From Eledone cirrhosa (Eukaryota), in contig OZ024741.1 in NCBI GenBank assembly GCA_964016885.1, positions 248,744,001 to 248,808,000 on the forward strand: a stretch of DNA of 64,000 bases. The letters are read 5' to 3'. The notes beneath the pieces were generated by a model. That model saw only the letters and a list, made by a program, of their open reading frames with translations. It was not told the DNA's origin and ran no database searches. The translations under genes and the position numbers were made by a program. Positions 49,426 through 62,400 of the stretch are shown piece after piece (position 1 is the stretch's first letter; the number at the start of each line of letters is the position of its first letter).

Positions 49426-52400
49426 AAAAAAAATCAAGGGGAGATAATTTCCAGCCGTCCAAGGGGAGATAATTTTCAGCCGTCCAAGGAGAGGTAAATT
49501 CTAGCCGTCCAAGGAGATATAATTTCCAGCCGTCCAAGGGGAGATAATTTCCAGCCGTCCAAGGGGAGATAATTTTTAAAAAAAAATCAGGCGGAGATAA
49601 TTTGTAAACAAAAATCAGGGGGAGATAATTTTTTTAAAAAAATCAGGGGGAGATAATTTGTAAAAAAAATCAAGGGGAGATAATTTCCAGCCGTCCAAGG
49701 GGAGGTAATATCTAGCCATCCAAGGGGAGATAATTTCCAGCCGTCCAAGGGGAGATAATTTCCAGCCGTCCAAGGGGAGATAATATCCAGCCGTCCAAGG
49801 AGACATATTTTCCAGCCGTCCAAGGAGAGGTAATTTCTAGCCGTCCAAGGGGAGATAAGTTCCAGCCTCCAAGGGGAGATAATTTCCAGCCAGCCAAGGG
49901 GAGATAATTTGTAAAAAAATCAGGGGGGAGATAATTTGTAAAAAAAATCAGGGGGAGATAATTTGAAAAAAAAATCAGGGGGAGATAATTTGTAAAAAAT
50001 ATCAAGGGGAGATAATTTCCAGCCCTCCAAGGGGCTATAATTTCCAGCCGTGCAAGGGGAGATAATTTCCAGCCGTCCAAGGGGAGATAATTTCCATCCT
50101 TCCAAGGGGAGATAATTTCCAGCCGTCCAAGGGGAGATAATTTCCCGCCAGCCAAGGGAAGATAATTTTTTAAAAAATCAGGCGGAGATTGTAAAAAAAA
50201 TCAGGGGGAGATAATTTGTAAAAAAAATCAGGGGGAGATAATTTGTAAAAAAAAATCAGGGGGAGATAATTTGTAAAAAAAAATCAGGGGGAGATAATTT
50301 GTAAAAAAAATCAGGGGGAGATAATTTGTAAAAAAAATCAGGGGTAGATAATTTGTAAAAAAAATCAGGGGGAGATAATTTGTAAAAAAAATCAGGGGGA
50401 GATAATTTGTAAAAAAAATCAGGGGTAGATAATTTTCAGCCGTCCAAGGGGAGATAATTTCCATCCTTCCAAGGGGAGATAATTTCCAGCCGTCCAAGGG
50501 GAGATAATTTCCCGCCAGCCAAGGAGAGATAACATTTAAAAAAATCAGGCGGAGATAATTTGTAAAAAAATCAGGGGGAGATAATTTGTAAAAAAAATCA
50601 GGGGTAGATAATTTTCAGCCGTCCAAGGGGAGATAATTTCCATCCTTCCAAGGGGAGATAATTTCCAGCCGTCCAAGGGGAGATAATTTCCCGCCAGCCA
50701 AGGAGAGATAACATTTAAAAAAATCAGGGGGAGATAATTTGTAAAAAAAAATCAGGGGTAGATAATTTGTAAACAAAAATCAGGGGGAGATAATTTGTAA
50801 AAAAAAATCAGGGGGAGATAATTTGTAAAAAAAAATCAGGGGGAGATAATTTGTAAAAAAAATCAAGGGGAGATAATTTGTAAAAAAAAATCAGGGGTAG
50901 ATAATTTGTAAAAAAAAATCAGGGGGAGATAATTTGTAAAAAAAAATCAAGGGGAGATAATTTGTAAAAAAATCAAGGGGAGATAATTTCCAGCCGTCCA
51001 AGGGGAGATAATTTTCAGCCGTCCAAGGAGAGGTAAATTCTAGCCGTCCAAGGAGATATAATTTCCAGCCGTCCAAGGGGAGATAATTTCCAGCCGTCCA
51101 AGGGGAGATAATTTTTAAAAAAAAATCAGGCGGAGATAATTTGTAAACAAAAATCAGGGGGAGATAATTTTTTTAAAAAAATCAGGGGGAGATAATTTGT
51201 AAAAAAAATCAAGGGGAGATAATTTCCAGCCGTCCAAGGGGAGGTAATATCTAGCCATCCAAGGGGAGATAATTTCCAGCCGTCCAAGGGGAGATAATTT
51301 CCAGCCGTCCAAGGGGAGATAATATCCAGCCGTCCAAGGAGACATATTTTCCAGCCGTCCAAGGAGAGGTAATTTCTAGCCGTCCAAGGGGAGATAAGTT
51401 CCAGCCTCCAAGGGGAGATAATTTCCAGCCAGCCAAGGGGAGATAATTTGTAAAAAAATCAGGGGGGAGATAATTTGTAAAAAAAATCAGGGGGAGATAA
51501 TTTGAAAAAAAAATCAGGGGGAGATAATTTGTAAAAAATATCAAGGGGAGATAATTTCCAGCCCTCCAAGGGGCTATAATTTCCAGCCGTGCAAGGGGAG
51601 ATAATTTCCAGCCGTCCAAGGGGAGATAATTTCCATCCTTCCAAGGGGAGATAATTTCCAGCCGTCCAAGGGGAGATAATTTCCCGCCAGCCAAGGGAAG
51701 ATAATTTTTTAAAAAATCAGGCGGAGATTGTAAAAAAAATCAGGGGGAGATAATTTGTAAAAAAAATCAGGGGGAGATAATTTGTAAAAAAAAATCAGGG
51801 GGAGATAATTTGTAAAAAAAAATCAGGGGGAGATAATTTGTAAAAAAAATCAGGGGGAGATAATTTGTAAAAAAAATCAGGGGTAGATAATTTGTAAAAA
51901 AAATCAGGGGGAGATAATTTGTAAAAAAAATCAGGGGGAGATAATTTGTAAAAAAAATCAGGGGTAGATAATTTTCAGCCGTCCAAGGGGAGATAATTTC
52001 CATCCTTCCAAGGGGAGATAATTTCCAGCCGTCCAAGGGGAGATAATTTCCCGCCAGCCAAGGAGAGATAACATTTAAAAAAATCAGGCGGAGATAATTT
52101 TTAAAAAAATCAGGGGGAGATAATTTGTAAAAAAAATCAGGGGTAGATAATTTTCAGCCGTCCAAGGGGAGATAATTTCCATCCTTCCAAGGGGAGATAA
52201 TTTCCAGCCGTCCAAGGGGAGATAATTTCCCGCCAGCCAAGGAGAGATAACATTTAAAAAAATCAGGGGGAGATAATTTGTAAAAAAAAATCAGGGGTAG
52301 ATAATTTGTAAACAAAAATCAGGGGGAGATAATTTGTAAAAAAAAATCAGGGGGAGATAATTTGTAAAAAAAAATCAGGGGGAGATAATTTGTAAAAAAA

Positions 52401-52575
52401 ATCAAGGGGAGATAATTTGTAAAAAAAAATCAGGGGTAGATAATTTGTAAGAAAAAATCAGGGGGAGATAATTTGTAAAAAAAAATCAAGGGGAGATAAT
52501 TTGTAAAAAAATCAAGGGGAGATAATTTCCAGCCGTCCAAGGGGAGATAATTTTCAGCCGTCCAAGGAGAGGTAA
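49426..52575. repeat. 1539-bp tandem duplication
   Basis: ORFs 49587/51126, 49712/51251, 50228/51767, 50891/52430. The second copy has private substitutions near 52101 (TTTTTAAAA) and 52451 (GTAAGAAAA). Confidence 0.9.
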
Positions 52576-53120
52576 TTTCTAGCAGTCCAAGGGGAGATAA
52601 TTTCCAGCCAGCCAAGGGGAGATAATTTGTAAAAAATCAGATGTAGATAATTTGTAAAAAAAAATCAGGGGGAGATAATTTGTAAAAAAAATCAGGGGGA
52701 GATAATTTGTAAAAAAAAATCAGGGGTATATAATTTGTAAAAAAAAATCAGGGGGAGATAATTTGTAAAAAAAAAATCAGGGGGAGATAATTTGTAAAAA
52801 AAATCAGGGGGAGATAATTTGTAGAAAAAATCAGGGGTAGATAATTTGTAAAAAAAATCAGGGGGAGATAATTTGTAAAAAAAATCAGGGGGAGATAATT
52901 TGTAAAAAAAATCAGGGGTAGATAATTTTCAGCCGTCCAAGGGGAGATAATTTCCATCCTTCCAAGGGGAGATAATTTCCAGCCGTCCAAGGGGAGATAA
53001 TTTCCCGCCAGCCAAGGAGAGATAACATTTAAAAAAATCAGGCGGAGATAATTTGTAAAAAAAATCAGGGGGACATAATTTGTAAAAAAATCAGGGGGAG
53101 ATAATTTGTAAAAAAAATCA

Positions 53121-53445
53121 GGGGTAGATAATTTCCAGCCGTCCAAGGGGAGATAATATCCAGCCGTCCAAGGAGACATATTTTCCAGCCGTCCAAGGAG
53201 AGGTAATTTCTAGCCGTCCAAGAGGAGATAAGTTCCAGCCGTCCAAGGGGAGGTAATATCTAGCCATCCAAGGGGAGATAATTTCCAGCCGTCCAAGGGG
53301 AGATAATTTCCAGCCGTCCAAGGGGAGATAATATCCAGCCGTCCAAGGAGACATATTTTCCAGCCGTCCAAGGAGAGGTAATTTCTAGCCGTCCAAGAGG
53401 AGATAAGTTCCAGCCTCCAAGGGGAGATAATTTCCAGCCAGCCAA
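53121..53445 (+). repeat. Longest pure B run seen (13 monomers); rearranged alpha/gamma chimera with a 175-bp internal duplication
   Basis: GGGGTAGAT (alpha entry) joined to gamma monomers 5-8, then gamma monomers 2-9; AAGAGGAGATAAG at 53220 and 53395. Confidence 0.85.
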
Positions 53446-56400
53446 GGGGAGATAATTTGTAAAAAAATCAGGGGGAGATAATTTGTAAAAAAAAAATCAG
53501 GGGGAGATAATTTGTAAAAAAATCAGGGGGAGATAATTTGTAAAAAAAAAATCAGGGGGAGATAATTTGTAAAAAAAATCAGGGGGAGATAATTTGTAAA
53601 AAAAATCAGGGGTAGATAATTTGTAAAAAAAATCAGGGGGAGATAATTTGTAAAAAAATCAGGGGGAGATAATTTGTAAAAAAAATCAGGGGTAAATAAT
53701 TTGTAAAAAAAAATCAGGGGGAGATAATTTGTAAAAAAAAAATCAGGGGGAGATAATTTGTAAAAAAATCAAGGGGAGATAATTTCCAGCCGTCCAAGGG
53801 GAGATAATTTTCAGCCGTCCAAGGAGAGGTAATTTCTAGCCGTCCAAGGGGAGATAATTTCCAGCCGTCCAAGGGGAGATAATTTTTTTAAAAAAATCAG
53901 GCGGAGATAATTTGTAAACAAAAATCAGGGGGAGATAATTTGTAAAAAAAAATCAGGGGGAGATAATTTGTAAAAAAAATCAAGGGGAGATAATTTCCAG
54001 CCGTCCAAGGGGAGGTAATATCTAGCCATCCAAGGGGAGATAATTTCCAGCCGTCCAAGGGGAGATAATTTCCAGCCGTCCAAGGGGAGATAATATCCAG
54101 CCGTCCAAGGAGACATATTTTCCAGCCGTCCAAGGAGAGGTAATTTCTAGCCGTCCAAGAGGAGATAAGTTCCAGCCTCCAAGGGGAGATAATTTCCAGC
54201 CAGCCAAGGGGAGATAATTTGTAAAAAAATCAGGGGGAGATAATTTGTAAAAAAAAAATCAGGGGGAGATAATTTGTAAAAAAATCAGGGGGAGATAATT
54301 TGTAAAAAAAAAATCAGGGGGAGATAATTTGTAAAAAAAATCAGGGGGAGATAATTTGTAAAAAAAATCAGGGGTAGATAATTTGTAAAAAAAATCAGGG
54401 GGAGATAATTTGTAAAAAAATCAGGGGGAGATAATTTGTAAAAAAAATCAGGGGTAGATAATTTCCAGCCGTCCAAGGGGAGATAATTTCCATCCTTCCA
54501 AGGGGAGATAATTTCCAGCCGTCCAAGGGGAGATAATTTCCCGCCAGCCAAGGAGAGATAATATTTAAAAAAATCAGGCGGAGATAATTTGTAAAAAAAA
54601 TCAGGGGGAGATAATTTGTAAAAAAATCAGGGGGAGATAATTTGTAAAAAAAAATCAGGGGGAGATAATTTGTAAAAAAAATCAGGGGGAGATAATTTGT
54701 AAAAAAAATCAGGGGTAGATAATTTGTAAAAAAAAATCAGGGGGAGATAATTTGTAAAAAAAAAATCAGGGGGAGATAATTTGTAAAAAAATCAAGGGGA
54801 GATAATTTCCAGCCGTCCAAGGGGAGATAATTTTCAGCCGTCCAAGGAGAGGTAATTTCTAGCCGTCCAAGGGGAGATAATTTCCAGCCGTCCAAGGGGA
54901 GATAATTTTTTTAAAAAAATCAGGCGGAGATAATTTGTAAACAAAAATCAGGGGGAGATAATTTGTAAAAAAAAATCAGGGGGAGATAATTTGTAAAAAA
55001 AAATCAGGGGGAGATAATTTGTAAAAAAAATCAAGGGGAGATAATTTCCAGCCGTCCAAGGGGAGGTAATATCTAGCCATCCAAGGGGAGATAATTTCCA
55101 GCCGTCCAAGGGGAGATAATTTCCAGCCGTCCAAGGGGAGATAATATCCAGCCGTCCAAGGAGACATATTTTCCAGCCGTCCAAGGAGAGGTAATTTCTA
55201 GCCGTCCAAGGGGAGATAAGTTCCAGCCTCCAAGGGGAGATAATTTCCCGCCAGCCAAGGAGAGATAACATTTAAAAAAATCAGGCGGAGATAATTTGTA
55301 AAAAAAATCAGGGGGAGATAATTTGTAAAAAAATCAGGGGGAGATAATTTGTAAAAAAAATCAGGGGTAGATAATTTCCAGCCGTCCAAGGGGAGATAAT
55401 TTCCATCCTTCCAAGGGGAGATAATTTCCAGCCGTCCAAGGGGAGATAATTTCGCGCCAGCCAAGGAGAGATAATATTTAAAAAAATCAGGCGGAGATAA
55501 TTTGTAAAAAAAATCAGGGGGAGATAATTTGTAAAAAAATCAGGGGGAGATAATTTGTAAAAAAAAATCAGGGGGAGATAATTTGTAAAAAAAATCAGGG
55601 GGAGATAATTTGTAAAAAAAAATCAGGGGTAGATACTTTGTAAAAAAAAATCAGGGGGAGATAATTTGTAAAAAAAATCAAGGGGAGATAATTTCCAGCC
55701 GTCCAAGGGGAGATAATTTTCAGCCGTCCAAGGAGAGGTAAATTCTAGCCGTCCAAGGAGATATAATTTCCAGCCGTCCAAGGGGAGATAATTTCCAGCC
55801 GTCCAAGGGGAGATAATTTTTAAAAAAAAATCAGGCGGAGATAATTTGTAAACAAAAATCAGGGGGAGATAATTTTTAAAAAAAAATCAGGGGGAGATAA
55901 TTTGTAAAAAAAAATCAGGGGGAGATAATTTGTAAAAATAATCAAGGGGAGATAATTTTCAGCCGTCCAAGGGGAGATAATTTCCAGCCGTCCAAGGGGA
56001 GATAATATCCAGCCGTCCAAGGAGACATATTTTCCAGCCGTCCAAGGAGAGGTAATTTCTAGCCGTCCAAGGGGAGATAAGTTCCAGCCTCCAAGGGGAG
56101 ATAATTTCCAGCCAGCCAAGGGGAGATAATTTGTAAAAAAATCAGGGGGGAGATAATTTGTAAAAAAAATCAGGGGGAGATAATTTGAAAAAAAAATCAG
56201 GGGGAGATAATTTGTAAAAAATATCAAGGGGAGATAATTTCCAGCCCTCCAAGGGGCTATAATTTCCAGCCGTGCAAGGGGAGATAATTTCCAGCCGTCC
56301 AAGGGGAGATAATTTCCATCCTTCCAAGGGGAGATAATTTCCAGCCGTCCAAGGGGAGATAATTTCCCGCCAGCCAAGGGAAGATAATTTTTTAAAAAAT

Positions 56401-59400
56401 CAGGCGGAGATTGTAAAAAAAATCAGGGGGAGATAATTTGTAAAAAAATCAGGGGGAGATAATTTGTAAAAAAAAAATCAGGGGGAGATAATTTGTAAAA
56501 AAAAATCAGGGGGAGATAATTTGTAAAAAAAATCAGGGGGAGATAATTTGTAAAAAAAATCAGGGGTAGATAATTTGTAAAAAAAATCAGGGGGAGATAA
56601 TTTGTAAAAAAAATCAGGGGGAGATAATTTGTAAAAAAAATCAGGGGTAGATAATTTTCAGCCGTCCAAGGGGAGATAATTTCCATCCTTCCAAGGGGAG
56701 ATAATTTCCAGCCGTCCAAGGGGAGATAATTTCCCGCCAGCCAAGGAGAGATAACATTTAAAAAAATCAGGCGGAGATAATTTGTAAAAAAATCAGGGGG
56801 AGATAATTTGTAAAAAAAATCAGGGGTAGATAATTTTCAGCCGTCCAAGGGGAGATAATTTCCATCCTTCCAAGGGGAGATAATTTCCAGCCGTCCAAGG
56901 GGAGATAATTTCCCGCCAGCCAAGGAGAGATAACATTTAAAAAAATCAGGGGGAGATAATTTGTGAAAAAAAATCAGGGGGAGATAATTCGTAAAAAAAA
57001 TCAGGGGGAGATAATTTGTAAAAAAAAATCAGGGGTAGATAATTTGTAAAAAAAAATCAGGGGGAGATAATTTGTAAAAAAAAAATCAGGGGGAGATAAT
57101 TTGTAAAAAAATCAAGGGGAGATAATTTCCAGCCGTCCAAGGGGAGATAATTTTCAGCCGTCCAAGGAGAGGTAATTTCTAGCCGTCCAAGGGGAGATAA
57201 TTTCCAGCCGTCCAAGGGGAGATAATTTTTTTAAAAAAATCAGGCGGAGATAATTTGTAAACAAAAATCAGGGGGAGATAATTTGTAAAAAAAAATCAGG
57301 GGGAGATAATTTGTAAAAAAAAATCAGGGGGAGATAATTTGTAAAAAAAATCAAGGGGAGATAATTTGTAAAAAAAAATCAGGGGTAGATAATTTGTAAA
57401 AAAAAATCAGGGGGAGATAATTTGTAAAAAAAAAATCAGGGGGAGATAATTTGTAAAAAAATCAAGGGGAGATAATTTCCAGCCGTCCAAGGGGAGATAA
57501 TTTTCAGCCGTCCAAGGACAGGTAATTTCTAGCCGTCCAAGGGGAGATAATTTCCAGCCAGCCAAGGGGAGATAATTTGTAAAAAAATCAGGGGTAGATA
57601 ATTTGTAAAAAAAAATCAGGGGGAGATAATTTGTAAAAAAAATCAGGGGGAGATAATTTGTAAAAAAAATCAGGGGTAGATAATTTCCAGCCGTCCAAGG
57701 GGAGATAATTTCCATCCTTCCAAGGGGAGACAATTTCCAGCCGTCCAAGGGGAGATAATTTCCCGCCAGCCAAGGAGAGATAACATTTAAAAAAATCAGG
57801 CGGAGATAATTTGTAAAAAAAATCAGGGGGAGATAATTTGTAAAAAAATCAGGGGTAGATAATTTCCAGCCGTCCAAGGGGAGATAATTTCCATCCTTCC
57901 AAGGGGAGATAATTTCCAGCCGTCCAAGGGGAGATAATTTCCCGCCAGCCAAGGAGAGATAATATTTAAAAAAATCAGGCGGAGATAATTTGTAAAAAAA
58001 ATCAGGGGGAGATAATTTGTAAAAAAATCAGGGGGAGATAATTTGTAAAAAAAAATCAGGGGAGATAATTTGTAAAAAAAATCAGGGGGAGATAATTTGT
58101 AAAAAAAAATCAGGGGTAGATAATTTGTAAAAAAAAATCAGGGGGAGATGATTTGTAAAAAAAAAATCAGGGGGAGATAATTTGTAAAAAAATCAAGGGG
58201 AGATAATTTCCAGCCGTCCAAGGGGAGATAATTTTCAGCCGTCCAAGGAGGTAATTTCTAGCCGTCCAAGGGGAGATAATTTCCAGCCGTCCAAGGGGAG
58301 ATAATTTTTTTTAAAAAATCAGGCGGAGATAATTTGTAAACAAAAATCAGGGGGAGATAATTTGTAAAAAAAAATCAGGGGGAGATAATTTGTAAAAAAA
58401 AATCAGGGGGAGATAATTTGTAAAAAAAATCAAGGGGAGATAATTTCCAGCCGTCCAAGGGGAGGTAATATTTAGCCATCCAAGGGGAGATAATTTCCAG
58501 CCGTCCAAGGGGAGATAATTTCCAGCCGTCCAAGGGGAGATAATATCCAGCCGTCCAAGGAGACATATTTTCCAGCCGTCCAAGGAGAGGTAATTTCTAG
58601 CCGTCCAAGGGGAGATAAGTTCCAGCCTCCAAGGGGAGATAATTTCCAGCCAGCCAAGGGGAGATAATTTGTAAAAAAATCAGGGGGGAGATAATTTGTA
58701 AAAAAAATCAGGGGGAGATAATTTGAAAAAAAAATCAGGGGGAGATAATTTGTAAAAAATATCAAGGGGAGATAATTTCCAGCCCTCCAAGGGGCTATAA
58801 TTTCCAGCCGTGCAAGGGGAGATAATTTCCAGCCGTCCAAGGGGAGATAATTTCCATCCTTCCAAGGGGAGATAATTTCCAGCCGTCCAAGGGGAGATAA
58901 TTTCCCGCCAGCCAAGGGAAGATAATTTTTTAAAAAATCAGGCGGAGATTGTAAAAAAAATCAGGGGGAGATAATTTGTAAAAAAATCAGGGGGAGATAA
59001 TTTGTAAAAAAAAATCAGGGGGAGATAATTTGTAAAAAAAATCAGGGGGAGATAATTTGTAAAAAAAATCAGGGGGAGATAATTTGTAAAAAAAATCAGG
59101 GGTAGATAATTTGTAAAAAAAATCAGGGGGAGATAATTTGTAAAAAAAATCAGGGGGAGATAATTTGTAAAAAAAATCAGGGGTAGATGATTTTCAGCCG
59201 TCCAAGGGGAGATAATTTCCATCCTTCCAAGGGGAGATAATTTCCAGCCGTCCAAGGGGAGATAATTTCCCGCCAGCCAAGGAGAGATAACATTTAAAAA
59301 AATCAGGCGGAGATAATTTGTAAAAAAATCAGGGGGAGATAATTTGTAAAAAAAATCAGGGGTAGATAATTTTCAGCCGTCCAAGGGGAGATAATTTCCA

Positions 59401-62400
59401 TCCTTCCAAGGGGAGATAATTTCCAGCCGTCCAAGGGGAGATAATTTCCCGCCAGCCAAGGAGAGATAACATTTAAAAAAATCAGGGGGAGATAATTTGT
59501 AAAAAAAAATCAGGGGGAGATAATTCGTAAAAAAAAATCAGGGGGAGATAATTTGTAAAAAAAAATCAGGGGTAGATAATTTGTAAAAAAAAATCAGGGG
59601 GAGATAATTTGTAAAAAAAAAATCAGGGGGAGATAATTTGTAAAAAAATCAAGGGGAGATAATTTCCAGCCGTCCAAGGGGAGATAATTTTCAGCCGTCC
59701 AAGGAGAGTTAATTTCTAGCCGTCCAAGGGGAGATAATTTCCAGCCGTCCAAGGGGAGATAATTTTTTTAAAAAAATCAGGCGGAGATAATTTGTAAACA
59801 AAAATCAGGGGGAGATAATTTGTAAAAAAAAATCAGGGGGAGATAATTTGTAAAAAAAAATCAGGGGGAGATAATTTGTAAAAAAAATCAAGGGGAGATA
59901 ATTTGTAAAAAAAAATCAGGGGTAGATAATTTGTAAAAAAAAATCAGGGGGAGATAATTTGTAAAAAAAAAATCAGGGGGAGATAATTTGTAAAAAAATC
60001 AAGGGGAGATAATTTCCAGCCGTCCAAGGGGAGATAATTTTCAGCCGTCCAAGGAGAGGTAATTTCTAGCCGTCCAAGGGGAGATAATTTCCAGCCAGCC
60101 AAGGGGAGATAATTTGTAAAAAATCAGATGTAGATAATTTGTAAAAAAAAATCAGGGGGAGATAATTTGTAAAAAAAATCAGGGGGAGATAATTTGTAAA
60201 AAAAATCAGGGGTAGATAATTTCCAGCCGTCCAAGGGGAGATAATTTCCATCCTTCCAAGGGGAGATAATTTCCAGCCGTCCAAGGGGAGATAATTTCCC
60301 GCCAGCCAAGGAGAGATAATATTTAAAAAAATCAGGCGGAGATAATTTGTAAAAAAAATCAGGGGGAGATAATTTGTAAAAAAATCAGGGGGAGATAATT
60401 TGTAAAAAAAAATCAGGGTAGATAATTTGTAAAAAAAATCAGGGGGAGATAATTTGTAAAAAAAAATCAGGGGTAGATAATTTATAAAAAAAAATCAGGG
60501 AGAGATAATTTGTAAAAAAAAAATCAGGGGGAGATAATTTGTAAAAAAATCAAGGGGAGATAATTTCCAGCCGTCCAAGGGGAGATAATTTTCAGCCGTC
60601 CAAGGAGGTAATTTCTAGCCGTCCAAGGGGAGATAATTTCCAGCCGTCCAAGGGGAGATAATTTTTTTTAAAAAATCAGGCGGAGATAATTTGTAAACAA
60701 AAATCAGGGGGAGATAATTTGTAAAAAAAAATCAGGGGGAGATAATTTGTAAAAAAAAATCAGGGGGAGATAATTTGTAAAAAAAATCAAGGGGAGATAA
60801 TTTCCAGCCGTCCAAGGGGAGGTAATATCTAGCCATCCAAGGGGAGATAATCTCCAGCCGTCCAAGGGGAGATAATTTCCAGCCGTCCAAGGGGAGATAA
60901 TATCCAGCCGTCCAAGGAGACATATTTTCCAGCCGTCCAAGGAGAGGTAATTTCTACCCGTCCAAGGGGAGATAAGTTCCAGCCTCCAAGGTAGATAATT
61001 TTCAGCCGTCCAAGGGGAGATAATTTCCATCCTTCCAAGGGGAGATAATTTCCAGCCGTCCAAGGGGAGATAATTTCCCGCCAGCCAAGGAGAGATAACA
61101 TTTAAAAAAATCAGGCGGAGATAATTTGTAAAAAAATCAGGGGGAGATAATTTGTAAAAAAAATCAGGGGTAGATAATTTTCAGCCGTCCAAGGGGAGAT
61201 AATTTCCATCCTTCCAAGGGGAGATAATTTCCAGCCGTCCAAGGGGAGATAATTTCCCGCCAGCCAAGGAGAGATAACATTTAAAAAAATCAGGCGGAGA
61301 TAATTTGTAAAAAAAATCAGGGGGAGATAATTTGTAAAAAAATCAGGGGGAGATAATTTGTAAAAAAAATCAGGGGCAGATAATTTCCAGCCGTCCAAGG
61401 GGAGATAATTTCCATCCTTCCAAGGGGAGATAATTTCCAGCCGTCCAAGGGGAGATAATTTCCCGCCAGCCAAGGAGAGATAATATTTAAAAAAATCAGG
61501 CGGAGATAATTTGTAAAAAAAATGAGGGGGAGATAATTTGTAAAAAAATCAGGGGGAGATAATTTGTAAAAAAAAATCAGGGGGAGATAATTTGTAAAAA
61601 AATCAGGGGGAGATAATTTGTAAAAAAAATCAGGGGTAGATAATTTGTAAAAAAAAATCAGGGGGAGATAATTTGTAAAAAAAAAATCAGGGGGAGATAA
61701 TTTGTAAAAAAATCAAGGGGAGATAATTTCCAGCCGTCCAAGGGGAGATAATTTTCAGCCGTCCAAGGAGAGGTAATTTCTAGCCGTCCAAGGGGAGATA
61801 ATTTCCAGCCGTCCAAGGGGAGATAATTTTTTTTAAAAAATCAGGCGGAGATAATTTGTAAACAAAAATCAGGGGGAGATAATTTGTAAAAAAAAATCAG
61901 GGGGAGATAATTTGTAAAAAAAAATCAGGGGGAGATAATTTGTAAAAAAAATCAAGGGGAGATAATTTCCAGCCGTCCAAGGGGAGGTAATATCTAGCCA
62001 TCCAAGGGGAGATAATTTCCAGCCGTCCAAGGGGAGATAATTTCCAGCCGTCCAAGGGGAGATAATATCCAGCCATCCAAGGAGACTTATTTTCCAGCCG
62101 TCCAAGGAGAGGTAATTTCTAGCCGTCCAAGGGGAGATAAGTTCCTGCCTCCAAGGGGAGATAATTTCCAGCCAGCCAAGGGGAGATAATTTGTAAAAAA
62201 ATCAGGGGGAGATAATTTGTAAAAAAAAAATCAGGGGGAGATAATTTGTAAAAAAATCAGGGGGAGATAATTTGTAAAAAAAAAATCAGGGGGAGATAAT
62301 TTGTAAAAAAAATCAGGGGGAGATAATTTGTAAAAAAAATCAGGGGTAGATAATTTGTAAAAAAAATCAGGGGGAGATAATTTGTAAAAAAAATCAGGGG

